Origin: Chitinophagales bacterium
Lineage (GTDB): Bacteria > Bacteroidota > Bacteroidia > Chitinophagales > JADIYW01
NCBI GenBank assembly: GCA_965216955.1
Contig: CBDCGV010000016.1
Coordinates: 13,592 to 77,591 of the forward strand
Direction: 5' to 3'
DNA: 64,000 nt
Shown: positions 1 through 10,099 of the stretch, in pieces
How positions within the stretch are numbered: position 1 is the stretch's first letter
Layout: each line of letters opens with the position of its first letter
Notes under the pieces: generated by a model
What the model was told of the DNA's origin: nothing
Databases searched by the model: none
The model's input: the letters and a program-made list of their open reading frames with translations, nothing else
Made by a program: the position numbers and the translations under genes

Positions 1-339
1 TCTAACGGCCGCTACTATTTCATCATTAATTTGAATATTATCCCACGCAGCAGGTTCTTTAACACGATAAAATTGTCCCTCTTCTCCTCCAACAATGACA
101 TCAACTGATCCCGTTTCTAAAGTATTATCAATTTGAATAAAATCTGTTACCGCATTTAATGTTTTTAAATGATTCAAAAGTCCTTTACCAGCTTCATCAT
201 TTCCAACACGAGATATAAGGGCCGCTTTATGACCTAAAGTATTCATATGAAGGGCTATATTCATTGGCACGCCCCCAGGTAATCTATCCGTAGGTAAATT
301 ATCCCATAAAATCTCTCCAAAACTAATTACTCGATACAT
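1..339 (-). CDS. PfkB-family carbohydrate kinase (fructokinase-like), N-terminal part only; the gene runs off the left edge
   Basis: Absent from the ORF track because it is truncated. Reverse-strand translation from the ATG at 339-337 gives MYRVISFGEILWDNLPTDRLPGGVPMNIALHMNTLGHKAALISRVGNDEAGKGLL..., and the frame stays open to position 1. The FGE-x-LxD ... GGxPxNxA N-terminus is typical of PfkB fructokinases. Confidence 0.6.
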   Translation of the reverse strand, partial: MYRVISFGEILWDNLPTDRLPGGVPMNIALHMNTLGHKAALISRVGNDEAGKGLLNHLKTLNAVTDFIQIDNTLETGSVDVIVGGEEGQFYRVKEPAAWDNIQINDEIVAAVR

Positions 340-482
340 AAAACAATATTGTTTGTGTTATTAAGACACTAAGATAATTAAATATATAATTTTACTTCCA
401 TATTTGCCAATATTAATCAGCTAGATATGATGTGTTTATGTTACGTACAAACTTTAGAAATATTAATACTTCTTTTTATCTA

Positions 483-1385
483 TTAAATTGACTTAACTAA
501 TGAATGCTTCAATTTTCCATTCTTATCCCAAAGCCCCCAAAAAGCTCCCACATCGCCTTCTGAACCGACCTTCCAAGATTCATCAAATGAGGTAAAGTAA
601 AAAACATCAATATTCTCTTCTCTAGACCATTTTTGCGTATTAATAAAATACTTCAAGGCATTTTCTTTAGAAGGTTGCGCTGAGCCACAATTAGTACCCT
701 CACTTGGCCAACCAGTTTCTGTAACAATTACTTTTTTTCCATTTCCTGCTATAGTAGCTTGATGGAACATCTGTTTCATGTATAACAAAGAATAATCCAT
801 ATGACATTCTTCCCAAAACGGATAACAATTGGAGAGGATGACATCACATGCTTCGGTAACTCTAGGACGGAGTGTAAACTCATAATAAGCATCAACATAA
901 CCTACATCTATATTAGGCAGCTCTTTTTTTACTTTATATATATTTTCCAAAAGTTCATCTTCTGTAAGATCTTTTCTATAAAGCACTTCATTCCCAACCG
1001 CTGCTATATCGACATAACCTTGATTAGCCAATTCAATCAGCCCTTCTATTTCTAGTTCATTAAGGGCTTTATCCTTACCCAACCACGCACCAACTAGTGT
1101 CTTAAGTCCAAACTCATGAGCTACCTGTGCTATTAATTCATTACCCTCTATGCAAGAAAAAGTCCGCACCCATTTTGTATAGGGAGCAATTATTTCCATT
1201 CTTCTTCTGATCTGATCCAAGCTTAGAATATCACCAGGTTTTTGGCCTTCTTCATAGGCACTAAAGCATAAGCCATGCATCCCATTACTCAGCACTTCAT
1301 AAAATAAATCCTGTATTTCTAAGGACGTTTTTCCTCGGTAATCTAATCCTGCAAGTGAAAATTGCCTTTGCTTTCTATACGACAT
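483..1385 (-). CDS. Glycoside hydrolase family 17 (beta-1,3-glucanase/transglycosylase-like), no signal peptide, so predicted cytoplasmic
   Basis: 300-aa ORF. It has the clan GH-A motifs AAVGNEVLYR (acid/base Glu) and VIVTETGWPSEG (nucleophile Glu) typical of GH17. The N-terminus MSYRKQRQFSLAGLDYRG is hydrophilic. Confidence 0.8.
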   Translation of the reverse strand: MSYRKQRQFSLAGLDYRGKTSLEIQDLFYEVLSNGMHGLCFSAYEEGQKPGDILSLDQIRRRMEIIAPYTKWVRTFSCIEGNELIAQVAHEFGLKTLVGAWLGKDKALNELEIEGLIELANQGYVDIAAVGNEVLYRKDLTEDELLENIYKVKKELPNIDVGYVDAYYEFTLRPRVTEACDVILSNCYPFWEECHMDYSLLYMKQMFHQATIAGNGKKVIVTETGWPSEGTNCGSAQPSKENALKYFINTQKWSREENIDVFYFTSFDESWKVGSEGDVGAFWGLWDKNGKLKHSLVKSI

Positions 1386-1404
1386 CTTTAATAACTACTA
1401 AACT

Positions 1405-2967
1405 TTATAATTCTCCTCTTCTACTAACCAATTCCTCTTTAATTTTCCTAGCCCTATCTTCTGATAAGCTATAATTCCACATCACTACAATTGCTAAAAG
1501 TGCTGTTGCCGCAGGAATTGCAATATCTGCAATACGTAAATTAGTCATGGTTTCAATAGTTTGTGTTGGAGCATCAGATATAAAACCAACTAGCTTCAAA
1601 ACTAATCCACCTAGAACCAATGCCAAAGCTTGTCCCAGTTTTACCATCCACCAATAAATTGCACCAAAAGTTCCTTCTTTTCGGGGCATTCCGTTTTCTA
1701 ATTCATCCAAATCACACACATCAGCTGTCATACTCATCATTAATGTAAACAATCCTCCCAAACCAAATGCTATAAAAGGAATAGGAATAAAGATTAACCA
1801 TGGTATTCCATTGCTTGCATCTATACTAAACCAAGACATTCCTATGCTATTCAATACAGGGTCCAAAAAGTTAAATATTGAAGTAATCACTCCATTTAAA
1901 GATTGTCCTAATCCAGTTTGGTTAAACCTTTCATTTAAAGTATTATCAAACCCCCACCATTTCAGGACATAACCAATAATAGATATCAGAGTAGAAATTA
2001 TAAACGCTTTTCTTTTACCCCATTTATTAGACATCCATGATATGATAGGAATAACAATAAACGCGGTTAACACCGCAGTGATTGTTGAAAACCATGCCGG
2101 CCATGTTCCTGCATCAGCATAACTTCCGTTAAACATATAAAAGACAATGATATAAACACTAAAAGCAGCTACCATCTGAAAGCCATTAAAAACCAAAAAT
2201 GTTGCTCCACAAAGTCGCATAAATGGCTTATTCTTTGCTACTTGTGCTATACCACGAAAGAGGTCCATCAAATTAGAAGATAACGTTTTCAATGATATCT
2301 CCTTTCTGTTTTCCATATTAGCAGAATCAATTCCTCTACAAAAAATGGCCGGAAATATTCCCAAAACCATACACACTCCACCAACAATCATAGATAATTG
2401 TCTTACACCAACAGCCTGGTTTTCAAATATTTCAGGATCAGCAATTATCACCCAAAACCACGGTACTATCATCCAGGCTATTTGTCCCATAGTATTGGCA
2501 AAAGCCATTAAGCGTGTACGCTCATTGTAGTCAGAAGTCATTTCATACCCCAGACCTACCAATGGAGTTGCAAACATCGTATTCCCAATTAAAAACAACA
2601 GTGAGAAGACCAAGAAATACCAAAAATTATAGGTTTCAGAATTATGTTCATTCAATTGCCATAGCAAAATAAAAAGTATGCCACTTAAAATGGCCCCCAC
2701 AAAAATATAAGGTCTTCTTCTTCCCCATCTAGACTTTGTGTTATCAGAGATAAATCCCATAATAGGATCTGTTAACGCATCAAAGATGCGAGGAAGTCCA
2801 CCCAACAGGCCTGCTAAAAAAGGATCCATACCAAAAGCGGTCAACAAGAAGAAAGAAAAGAAACCTAGTGCCCCTGGTAATAAATTTAATACTAAATGGC
2901 CCGCTCCAAATGCTGCCTTCTGCCCTAATGGAACTCTGTAATCAGCCGATGTCTTGTATTTTGACAT
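1405..2967 (-). CDS. Glycoside-pentoside-hexuronide (GPH)/MFS-type sugar:cation symporter
   Basis: 520-aa polytopic membrane ORF. It has the GPH signature DPIMGFISDNTKSRWGRRRPYIFVGA and about 12 hydrophobic segments. It sits between glucanase genes. Confidence 0.8.
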   Translation of the reverse strand: MSKYKTSADYRVPLGQKAAFGAGHLVLNLLPGALGFFSFFLLTAFGMDPFLAGLLGGLPRIFDALTDPIMGFISDNTKSRWGRRRPYIFVGAILSGILFILLWQLNEHNSETYNFWYFLVFSLLFLIGNTMFATPLVGLGYEMTSDYNERTRLMAFANTMGQIAWMIVPWFWVIIADPEIFENQAVGVRQLSMIVGGVCMVLGIFPAIFCRGIDSANMENRKEISLKTLSSNLMDLFRGIAQVAKNKPFMRLCGATFLVFNGFQMVAAFSVYIIVFYMFNGSYADAGTWPAWFSTITAVLTAFIVIPIISWMSNKWGKRKAFIISTLISIIGYVLKWWGFDNTLNERFNQTGLGQSLNGVITSIFNFLDPVLNSIGMSWFSIDASNGIPWLIFIPIPFIAFGLGGLFTLMMSMTADVCDLDELENGMPRKEGTFGAIYWWMVKLGQALALVLGGLVLKLVGFISDAPTQTIETMTNLRIADIAIPAATALLAIVVMWNYSLSEDRARKIKEELVSRRGEL

Positions 2968-2970
2968 AGT

Positions 2971-4464
2971 TTATTTTTTAAATGGTTTAATTACGATGGT
3001 TTGAATAGCTTGGGCTCCAATCTGAACGACTGTTGATTGTTGCAGTAGTGTTATTTCAAAATTCTTAGCTTTTTTATCTTGATTAAATACAACTATACTT
3101 ATTGAGTTATCAGGATTTTGAGCAGCTGTCACCATTAATGATTTATCAGAATAACTTGCATCAATCACTTGAGCACCTGGTCTAATGTACTTACTAAAAT
3201 GAGCCATAACATAGTACAACGGCGTAAAATAAACCTCGTCATTTACTTCGTCTACAATTACGGGAGCTACACACCAATTCTCAAACCAATTAGGCCCTCC
3301 TTGTTTATTCAGAACCATATTCCAATCTACCCATCCATCTACCCAATTATTCAAACAGCCAATAATATCTCTTGCATATCGGTTTACAGGAGCATATTTA
3401 GGATGTAAATATTTTTGATCTTCTGCAGCCCAGTCCCAGCCCCAATCGGTCGCCTCTTTACTCCAATACCAATCATCATCTTGCCATTTTGGAACTTCTG
3501 AATCAACGCAACCTTCTGTCTCTAATAAATATTTATCAGGGGCTTTGTTATGCGCATATTGTAATGCTTCAGGAAAAACTTCATAAGTACTTTCATACCA
3601 ATGAATCGCTGTTCCATCATAATATTTTGATGAAGCTTCATCTTTATACATTACATCAACCCATTCTTTTAAACCCGCTCGATTTTGATCATAACCCAAA
3701 ATTACAAGCTCTCCCTTTCCATCAGCCTCTAACTTAGGTCCTAGATGGTGTTGAACAAAATCTGTCATTTCTTCAGGAGTAAAATGCATACTTTCCCAGT
3801 TATCGCCATTGCCATGTGGCTCATTTTCCACTGTAAATCCCCAAAGATCAATACCCTCAGCTTTATATGCATCAACATATTTAGAAAAGAAAAGTGCCCA
3901 AGTATCATAGTATTTTGGAAGCAGTCTTCCACCTACCCAATGTTTATTATCTTTCATCCATGGCGGAGCTGTCCAAGGTGATGCAAAGATTTTAAACCCA
4001 TCCTCAGAGATAGCCATTGCATCTTTTATCATAGGTATAAGATCATCTAAATCCTCTTTTACAGAAAAATTCTCTAAAGTCATATCATCTTCTACCGGTG
4101 CATATGAATATTGACTCAAAGAAAAATCGCAAGAGTTCATATGTGTTCGTGTGAGAGAATAATTTGCCCCTTCTTTTCCGAAATATGCCTTTAAAATTTT
4201 ATCTCTATTTTTTTTGCTTAATCGGTTTAGTAGATATGCTGACGATTCTGTAAATGCTCCTCCAAACCCTGTAATGGTTTGATATTGTTTTTCAGGGGAT
4301 AATATAATTTTCGAAACATTTTCCGGATGTGAAAATTCGGAGACTGGAGTTAATTTATTCCCACTAATAGAAGTCTCATAAACCTCAACCTCTAAACTAT
4401 GTTCTTGAGAACAACTACTCATTATTAAAAAGACTATTAGAATTAAATAAATGTTTTGTTTCAT
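2971..4464 (-). CDS. Glycoside hydrolase family 30 lipoprotein (beta-1,6-glucanase/glucosylceramidase-like)
   Basis: 497 aa. Lipoprotein signal MKQNIYLILIVFLIMSSC. GH30-type motifs ITGFGGAFTESSAYLL, FTVENEPHG (acid/base) and LLETEGC (nucleophile). Confidence 0.8.
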   Translation of the reverse strand: MKQNIYLILIVFLIMSSCSQEHSLEVEVYETSISGNKLTPVSEFSHPENVSKIILSPEKQYQTITGFGGAFTESSAYLLNRLSKKNRDKILKAYFGKEGANYSLTRTHMNSCDFSLSQYSYAPVEDDMTLENFSVKEDLDDLIPMIKDAMAISEDGFKIFASPWTAPPWMKDNKHWVGGRLLPKYYDTWALFFSKYVDAYKAEGIDLWGFTVENEPHGNGDNWESMHFTPEEMTDFVQHHLGPKLEADGKGELVILGYDQNRAGLKEWVDVMYKDEASSKYYDGTAIHWYESTYEVFPEALQYAHNKAPDKYLLETEGCVDSEVPKWQDDDWYWSKEATDWGWDWAAEDQKYLHPKYAPVNRYARDIIGCLNNWVDGWVDWNMVLNKQGGPNWFENWCVAPVIVDEVNDEVYFTPLYYVMAHFSKYIRPGAQVIDASYSDKSLMVTAAQNPDNSISIVVFNQDKKAKNFEITLLQQSTVVQIGAQAIQTIVIKPFKK

Positions 4465-4473
4465 TTCGAACTA

Positions 4474-5772
4474 TTAATGTGCCACTACGATTTCCTGTTT
4501 TATTGGCGGAAGATCAACTATTTCTAACAACGTCTCCTTATCACCATCATAGGTTTTAGTAATAGTATTTCCATTTCGAGACAAATCATTAAACCGCCCT
4601 TCATCTACTAAATCCCAGAGCGCATACTTTGCTTTCCCATCCACAGTAAATAAACCAAAATGATTTTCAGAACCTTTATCGTTATGCGCATCCTTCCAAG
4701 GCTCATCAAAGGCTTCAAAATAAAAGCAAGAAATGCCTTCTTTATTAGTCCATTCACGCATTAATTGATAATATAACCCCTCTTTATATTCATCTGTAGC
4801 TTTAGAACCATGTGGTCCATAATGACCATTGGATACGGTTGCCCAACCTGTTTCTCCAATATGGACTGGCTTATCAACTCCTAAACTTTTCATGTAATCA
4901 GTAACCGCTTTGAATTGAGCTTTTGCAAAATCTCTTGCCCGAATCATTGCAGCATCTATTTTCTCAATATCTGAAAGGCCCTCCTCTTCGATATGAATAC
5001 CCCAGAAATCAGGATTGTAATGTGTGTTGTGATAAGGATAGGTATGCATTGATATATAGTCTACTGCTTTGATTAAAGCCTCTAAATCATCAACATGATA
5101 GCTGGTATCGCCCCCACCCCATGACGAAAAATCATCAGAGCTGGTAATCCATAAATCCTTTGAAAGTTTGCCAGACGCTTTAAGGTCTTGCAAATAATTT
5201 ACCCACTTCAATATCACATTCGGTTGCACGTAATAACTAGTGGCCCATTTAACCATTGCTTCGTTACCAACCGCAATAATTTTAACAATATCGGGATACT
5301 TATTTGCCAAAATTATCGCCCTCTCAATCTCGCCTGCATTTTGCTCATGCTCAATGTTATGATCAGGAGGATAATCAGACCAAGCATTCTTACAATCAAT
5401 CCAAGCTCCTAACATCATATACATTTCAAAATTACTATCCTCCTCTTTCAACTCACGAATTGCTTTTAACAAATTAGATGCCTGCGCTAATTGAACATTA
5501 TATGTTCGAATCAACTTAACGTTCATAGCATAAAGAATCTTCATATCTTCCTTTAGCTCTTCAATAGTTGGCTGAATATCACGCGTCTTCATGCGATATC
5601 CTCCATAAGAAATTGCCAAATAATCTGGATTGCCTAATATATCTTTAGCTGTCACCTCCTTTTTTGTTTGCTGATGTTGATTCGTTTCTCTCTTTGTCGA
5701 TTGATTGCTACAAGAAATACTAATTATCAGTAGCATCAAGCTTGAAATTAATATTTTAAATAATAGCTTCAC
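4474..5772 (-). CDS. Glycoside hydrolase family 17 lipoprotein (endo-beta-1,3-glucanase-like)
   Basis: 432 aa. Lipobox LLIISISCSN. Motifs IAVGNEAMVKW and VHIGETGWATVSNG. Paralogous to the 300-aa GH17 but carries an export signal. Confidence 0.8.
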   Translation of the reverse strand: MKLLFKILISSLMLLIISISCSNQSTKRETNQHQQTKKEVTAKDILGNPDYLAISYGGYRMKTRDIQPTIEELKEDMKILYAMNVKLIRTYNVQLAQASNLLKAIRELKEEDSNFEMYMMLGAWIDCKNAWSDYPPDHNIEHEQNAGEIERAIILANKYPDIVKIIAVGNEAMVKWATSYYVQPNVILKWVNYLQDLKASGKLSKDLWITSSDDFSSWGGGDTSYHVDDLEALIKAVDYISMHTYPYHNTHYNPDFWGIHIEEEGLSDIEKIDAAMIRARDFAKAQFKAVTDYMKSLGVDKPVHIGETGWATVSNGHYGPHGSKATDEYKEGLYYQLMREWTNKEGISCFYFEAFDEPWKDAHNDKGSENHFGLFTVDGKAKYALWDLVDEGRFNDLSRNGNTITKTYDGDKETLLEIVDLPPIKQEIVVAH

Positions 5773-5773
5773 T

Positions 5774-8700
5774 TTATTTCAATTCTGATTCCATAATATG
5801 AACAATTATCTTAAGTACTTGACCTGTTCTTTCAAAAATTTGACTACTCGTTGTTGCATCTAAGCTCAAAGTTTCAAGCTTAGCCGTTGTCCCATTTTCT
5901 TTTATCACCTCTAAACTATTCTTCGAAGCAATCTTATAAACTATTGGCACTTGACAATATGTAAAACATAGGGTGCCTTTTTCTAAGCCCAACTGCTTAA
6001 TAACACCATGTACATTTACATATTCTAAAACTTTTGTTTCTTCTAAAAACTCATCTTTTCTTAGTAGGCAAGGATTAAAATACAATTGACCTGCTGCTAC
6101 AAAAGCCCCTAATTCGCCAAACCTACATAGTATATCTTCTTTCACCTGTCCAGTCATCCCAGGTTGTTGAGCTCCCTTTCCAGCTGGAGTATGGGAATAT
6201 GGATCTGTTGGAAAGGCACCATAAAGAGACGGTGACTTATGTACACCGATACCTTCATTAATTTCATAGTAATGCTCTAACAACTTACCAACAATTACCG
6301 CATCCTCTCCATGCCTTATTGCACTCAAACAGCATTCTTGCACAGCCAATTGCAATTTGGAAACCATATGCCAATAAATAGACCCTAGACCCTCATATCC
6401 AAAAAAAGTTCCTGACCTCCCAGTAAAAGCTTTATGATTGAATACTTCTTCATAAACCTCTAAGATTCGTCCCTTTTCTTCAGATATTAATTTGCCATAC
6501 CTATTTTGATCCAACAATTTCAGTGTTTTTTGCAGGTCATTGGCATTTTTAAAATTACTATTAAAGTGGTAAGTACCTTGAATATCCTTTTCAATGATCT
6601 GACTATTCCCGTCTTCAACTAACTGCTTCAATAATACAGATTCTAAAATCAATTCTATTGGCACATTATTTTTCTTTAAAAACCGAGGCAAATCCTTATT
6701 TGGATAAAGTAAATAACTATACTGATCATCTCTAAAAAGAGCGCTACTCTTCAATGCATCAAGCACTTCTAAAGACTGTTTTGCGGTTAAATATCCCGAA
6801 CTTAAAACTGCAACCTGTCCCTCCAGCATTTCACTTAGATATGAAATAGATATTTTATTCTCACTTTTAATAGACATTAAATTATAAGCATGATACAAAT
6901 TATCCTGTCTCTTATTAGCTCTAATAGTGTGTTCCATATACTTGAGGCTAACATTAATGAAACGTTTCAATCCTTTTGCAGATATGGTTCTTTTCTCCCC
7001 CCAGAAATTCTGTTTATAAATATGTTGTCTATAATCACTCGCCGCTTGTCCTAGACCATCCAAAATAAGTTTACGGTTTTCATCACTTATAGCTTCGGAC
7101 AAAAGACTTTCGTGATTATCGAAAACTTCTCGGCATCGTTTATAAAAAATTATAAGTTCATTAGACAACTCAAATCTTTCAATTTCTGACTTCTCTAAAA
7201 GTTCTCCAAAGAATTTCAAAAACCGCCTTAGATAACAAAGTGTAACAACAGAAACGCCATTCCCTACTAGTGCATTATTGGCATCATTCCACTCTGGACG
7301 TTGCGTATTCATCCAAATACCTCCTTCAGGAATATAATTGGACAACTTAATTAATAGAGTAACTAATATTTTTTCAATGAAATTTACTGTATATATAGAC
7401 TGGTTCTCATCTCTAAGTAAGGTTGCGTCTGCACCTATAATTTCTTTTTCTTGTCGTAACTGACGATCTAAATCATAATCAAACTCAATAGTATCCTTTG
7501 AGTCGATAAGAATATCTTCATAACCTTTAATTTTATAGGGAATATTTGCATAAACAAAATCCTTCTTATCGAAATAGCTTAATAGTTTTCCGGGATGATG
7601 TTTTTCTGCAAACTCCAAAAATTTCAATAAATAAATAATCTGATGATCTCCCCAGTAACCAATATAAGACCAAGGGTTATCAGGTTCTATAGATTCCCAA
7701 TCAAAACCATCTTTTGTAACTCTATAAGGATTATACCCATCAAAAGTAGAAGCATTTAAAAATTTATAGATCATGCTTTCTATGAATTCAGGGTATGAAT
7801 GTGCCAATGCTTCCCAATTTTGGAAAATATCTCGCCAATTCCCCTCATAATCCAAGAGTTTTGACCCATCATTTTTGCGCATATTGATAGAGAACTTATT
7901 CCATGGCCTGCTGGGATCACCATGTCTTCTACTAAACTTCAATGGCATATACTCCATACATAACCTTCTGAAGGCAGCATCTTCACTTTGTTCAGCTATT
8001 GCTCTCAATTTTGTTATAGAAAACAAATCAGGAAGCTTTTCAACTTCATGAATAAACTTTTCAAACACCTCTTTATTCGCTCTTAAGAGATAATTTTCGA
8101 CATCCCATTTTTCTACTTGGTAGTTAAAATCAAAAACTCCACCCCTCATAATGTTGAATAAGACATTTGAAAAATGCCTAGTATCACGAAGATTATCAGA
8201 AGTCAATTGAAGTCCATCAGCAGCGGCATTTAGTTGCACTAAACGCTTTGAGCCTAACTGAATATCTTCTATAACAAGTTGCACCAAATTTTCTTCAACT
8301 TGGATCGTATTCAAAAGTTTAGCTATTGAAGCATGATTCTTATTTACATCTGCAACAATCATCCATTCCTTTTTTCCATTAGGAGGAAGCATAATATCGG
8401 CATTGATAAAATAAGCCCCTTTTTCTCCTTTAATATCTTCTTCTTCATGAAGTGATTGTCCTTTTCTAAATCTTTTTAACTGTGATGATGAAAGCAGGTG
8501 AATCACTTTTGACAACCCTAAGGACCAAACCACATTGGCCTTTAATGCCTCGCTTGGTTCTGCTCTATCTACAATTATTGCACTTAATGAGAATATTCCT
8601 AAACCACTATCTTTTATCAATTCACTTCGTTTATAGGCATCCACTAGATTGCTATATTGATTCTGCAAATCGCTTCCCACACTAGAAGGTATAATATTTT

Positions 8701-9229
8701 GAATACCATCTAAAACCGATAATCGTATTTCATTTTGAGTGTTATTTATGATTTCTGATTTTTTTACAAAACCAAAGGCATCACTTGAATTCCAGGAATA
8801 TCGAAACGCTATCCCTAAATCATGGTTAATTTCTTCGAAAAGAACTTTATTGCCATAAATACTTTTATAAAGGTTTCTGCTAATCTCATACCTCCCTTCA
8901 CATCTTATAGAAAAAGGCTCCCAAACATGTAATCTATTGTCTTCTCTTACTTGTATGATTGTCTTACTACCGGTATTCTCTGCAGATTCAGTAATCTTAT
9001 CATCGGTATAATATGGGAATAAAGCGCTTTCCGCATTCTTTCTCCCTGCACTTAAACCTCCATTACTTGATATAAACATCCAGTGGTTTCCATCACTTAC
9101 CACATTCATAAAAAAAGGACGAAGCAGATCACTATTTGAAATTTTATAGAATCTTTCTTCTCCAATTAATACGTCATTAATTTCAATATTAGATGTTTCC
9201 AAATCCGGCATCAATGAAAAAGTATACAT
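5774..9229 (-). CDS. Large cytoplasmic protein, candidate GH94/GH149-type beta-1,3-glucan phosphorylase
   Basis: 1151 aa with no signal peptide and a 1-bp gap to the downstream GH17. The segment NTQRPEWNDANNALVGNG resembles the W-N-D catalytic-loop motif I recall from GH94-clan phosphorylases. The call rests on size, locus context and that motif only. Confidence 0.5.
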   Translation of the reverse strand: MYTFSLMPDLETSNIEINDVLIGEERFYKISNSDLLRPFFMNVVSDGNHWMFISSNGGLSAGRKNAESALFPYYTDDKITESAENTGSKTIIQVREDNRLHVWEPFSIRCEGRYEISRNLYKSIYGNKVLFEEINHDLGIAFRYSWNSSDAFGFVKKSEIINNTQNEIRLSVLDGIQNIIPSSVGSDLQNQYSNLVDAYKRSELIKDSGLGIFSLSAIIVDRAEPSEALKANVVWSLGLSKVIHLLSSSQLKRFRKGQSLHEEEDIKGEKGAYFINADIMLPPNGKKEWMIVADVNKNHASIAKLLNTIQVEENLVQLVIEDIQLGSKRLVQLNAAADGLQLTSDNLRDTRHFSNVLFNIMRGGVFDFNYQVEKWDVENYLLRANKEVFEKFIHEVEKLPDLFSITKLRAIAEQSEDAAFRRLCMEYMPLKFSRRHGDPSRPWNKFSINMRKNDGSKLLDYEGNWRDIFQNWEALAHSYPEFIESMIYKFLNASTFDGYNPYRVTKDGFDWESIEPDNPWSYIGYWGDHQIIYLLKFLEFAEKHHPGKLLSYFDKKDFVYANIPYKIKGYEDILIDSKDTIEFDYDLDRQLRQEKEIIGADATLLRDENQSIYTVNFIEKILVTLLIKLSNYIPEGGIWMNTQRPEWNDANNALVGNGVSVVTLCYLRRFLKFFGELLEKSEIERFELSNELIIFYKRCREVFDNHESLLSEAISDENRKLILDGLGQAASDYRQHIYKQNFWGEKRTISAKGLKRFINVSLKYMEHTIRANKRQDNLYHAYNLMSIKSENKISISYLSEMLEGQVAVLSSGYLTAKQSLEVLDALKSSALFRDDQYSYLLYPNKDLPRFLKKNNVPIELILESVLLKQLVEDGNSQIIEKDIQGTYHFNSNFKNANDLQKTLKLLDQNRYGKLISEEKGRILEVYEEVFNHKAFTGRSGTFFGYEGLGSIYWHMVSKLQLAVQECCLSAIRHGEDAVIVGKLLEHYYEINEGIGVHKSPSLYGAFPTDPYSHTPAGKGAQQPGMTGQVKEDILCRFGELGAFVAAGQLYFNPCLLRKDEFLEETKVLEYVNVHGVIKQLGLEKGTLCFTYCQVPIVYKIASKNSLEVIKENGTTAKLETLSLDATTSSQIFERTGQVLKIIVHIMESELK

Positions 9230-9235
9230 ATTATT

Positions 9236-10063
9236 TTACTGATACACCCTCACCCAATCTACAAGCATAGTTTGAGGGAATACGGTTTGACCATTTGGAC
9301 TTCCTACAAAAGTACCTCCTACGGCAAGATTAAGAATGATGTAAAAAGGATGATCATATACCCATTCTCCAGACACCGCAGTTACATCGCTTGGAGTAAT
9401 TTGTTGGTATAAAAAGTCGTCAACAAAAAAACTGATATAATCAGTGCCCCACTCAATGGCAAATACGTGAAAATCTAGATCAAATCTGTCATTTACCAAT
9501 GTATATTCTTTGGTTATCGCATCTCCGGCAAAATGACCAGGACCATGAATAGAACCACTATTAACGTTAGGTACCTGCCCTCTATATTCCATAATATCAA
9601 TTTCCCCACATTGTGGCCAACCCACTTCATCAATATTCGCTCCTAACAACCAAAAAGCTGGCCAAATTCCCTGTCCCCATGGCAATTTAATTCGCGCTTC
9701 AAAACGGCCATATGCTTGCTCAAATACCCCCTGGGTTTTTATTCTTGCAGAGGTATATGATGCCCCCAGATAGCTTTCGTTTACAGCTCTAATTGCTAAA
9801 TTACCTTCACCATCTAATGAAACGTTTTCTGCACGATCTGTATAGTATTGAAATTCCTGGTTGCCCCATCCATCTTCACCTCTTCCAATATCGTAATTCC
9901 ACTTAGTAGAATCAACAAGTGCTCCCGCTTCTCCTTCAAAATCATCTTCCCAAACCAGTTGCCAATTATTGTCTTTGACTCTATCATCTTCTTGACATGC
10001 AGAAATAGCAATTAACAATGCGCACATTATCAAGCTGTTCGTTAATATTTTCATTTTTATCAT
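9236..10063 (-). CDS. Glycoside hydrolase family 16 laminarinase-type lipoprotein
   Basis: 275 aa. Lipobox LLIAISACQEDD, with an acidic stretch after the Cys consistent with surface export. Catalytic ExDxxE motif GEIDIMEY, plus WPAFWLLG. Confidence 0.85.
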   Translation of the reverse strand: MIKMKILTNSLIMCALLIAISACQEDDRVKDNNWQLVWEDDFEGEAGALVDSTKWNYDIGRGEDGWGNQEFQYYTDRAENVSLDGEGNLAIRAVNESYLGASYTSARIKTQGVFEQAYGRFEARIKLPWGQGIWPAFWLLGANIDEVGWPQCGEIDIMEYRGQVPNVNSGSIHGPGHFAGDAITKEYTLVNDRFDLDFHVFAIEWGTDYISFFVDDFLYQQITPSDVTAVSGEWVYDHPFYIILNLAVGGTFVGSPNGQTVFPQTMLVDWVRVYQ

Positions 10064-10099
10064 TCTAATTATTTTAACAAAGGAATGTTGACTTTAAAA

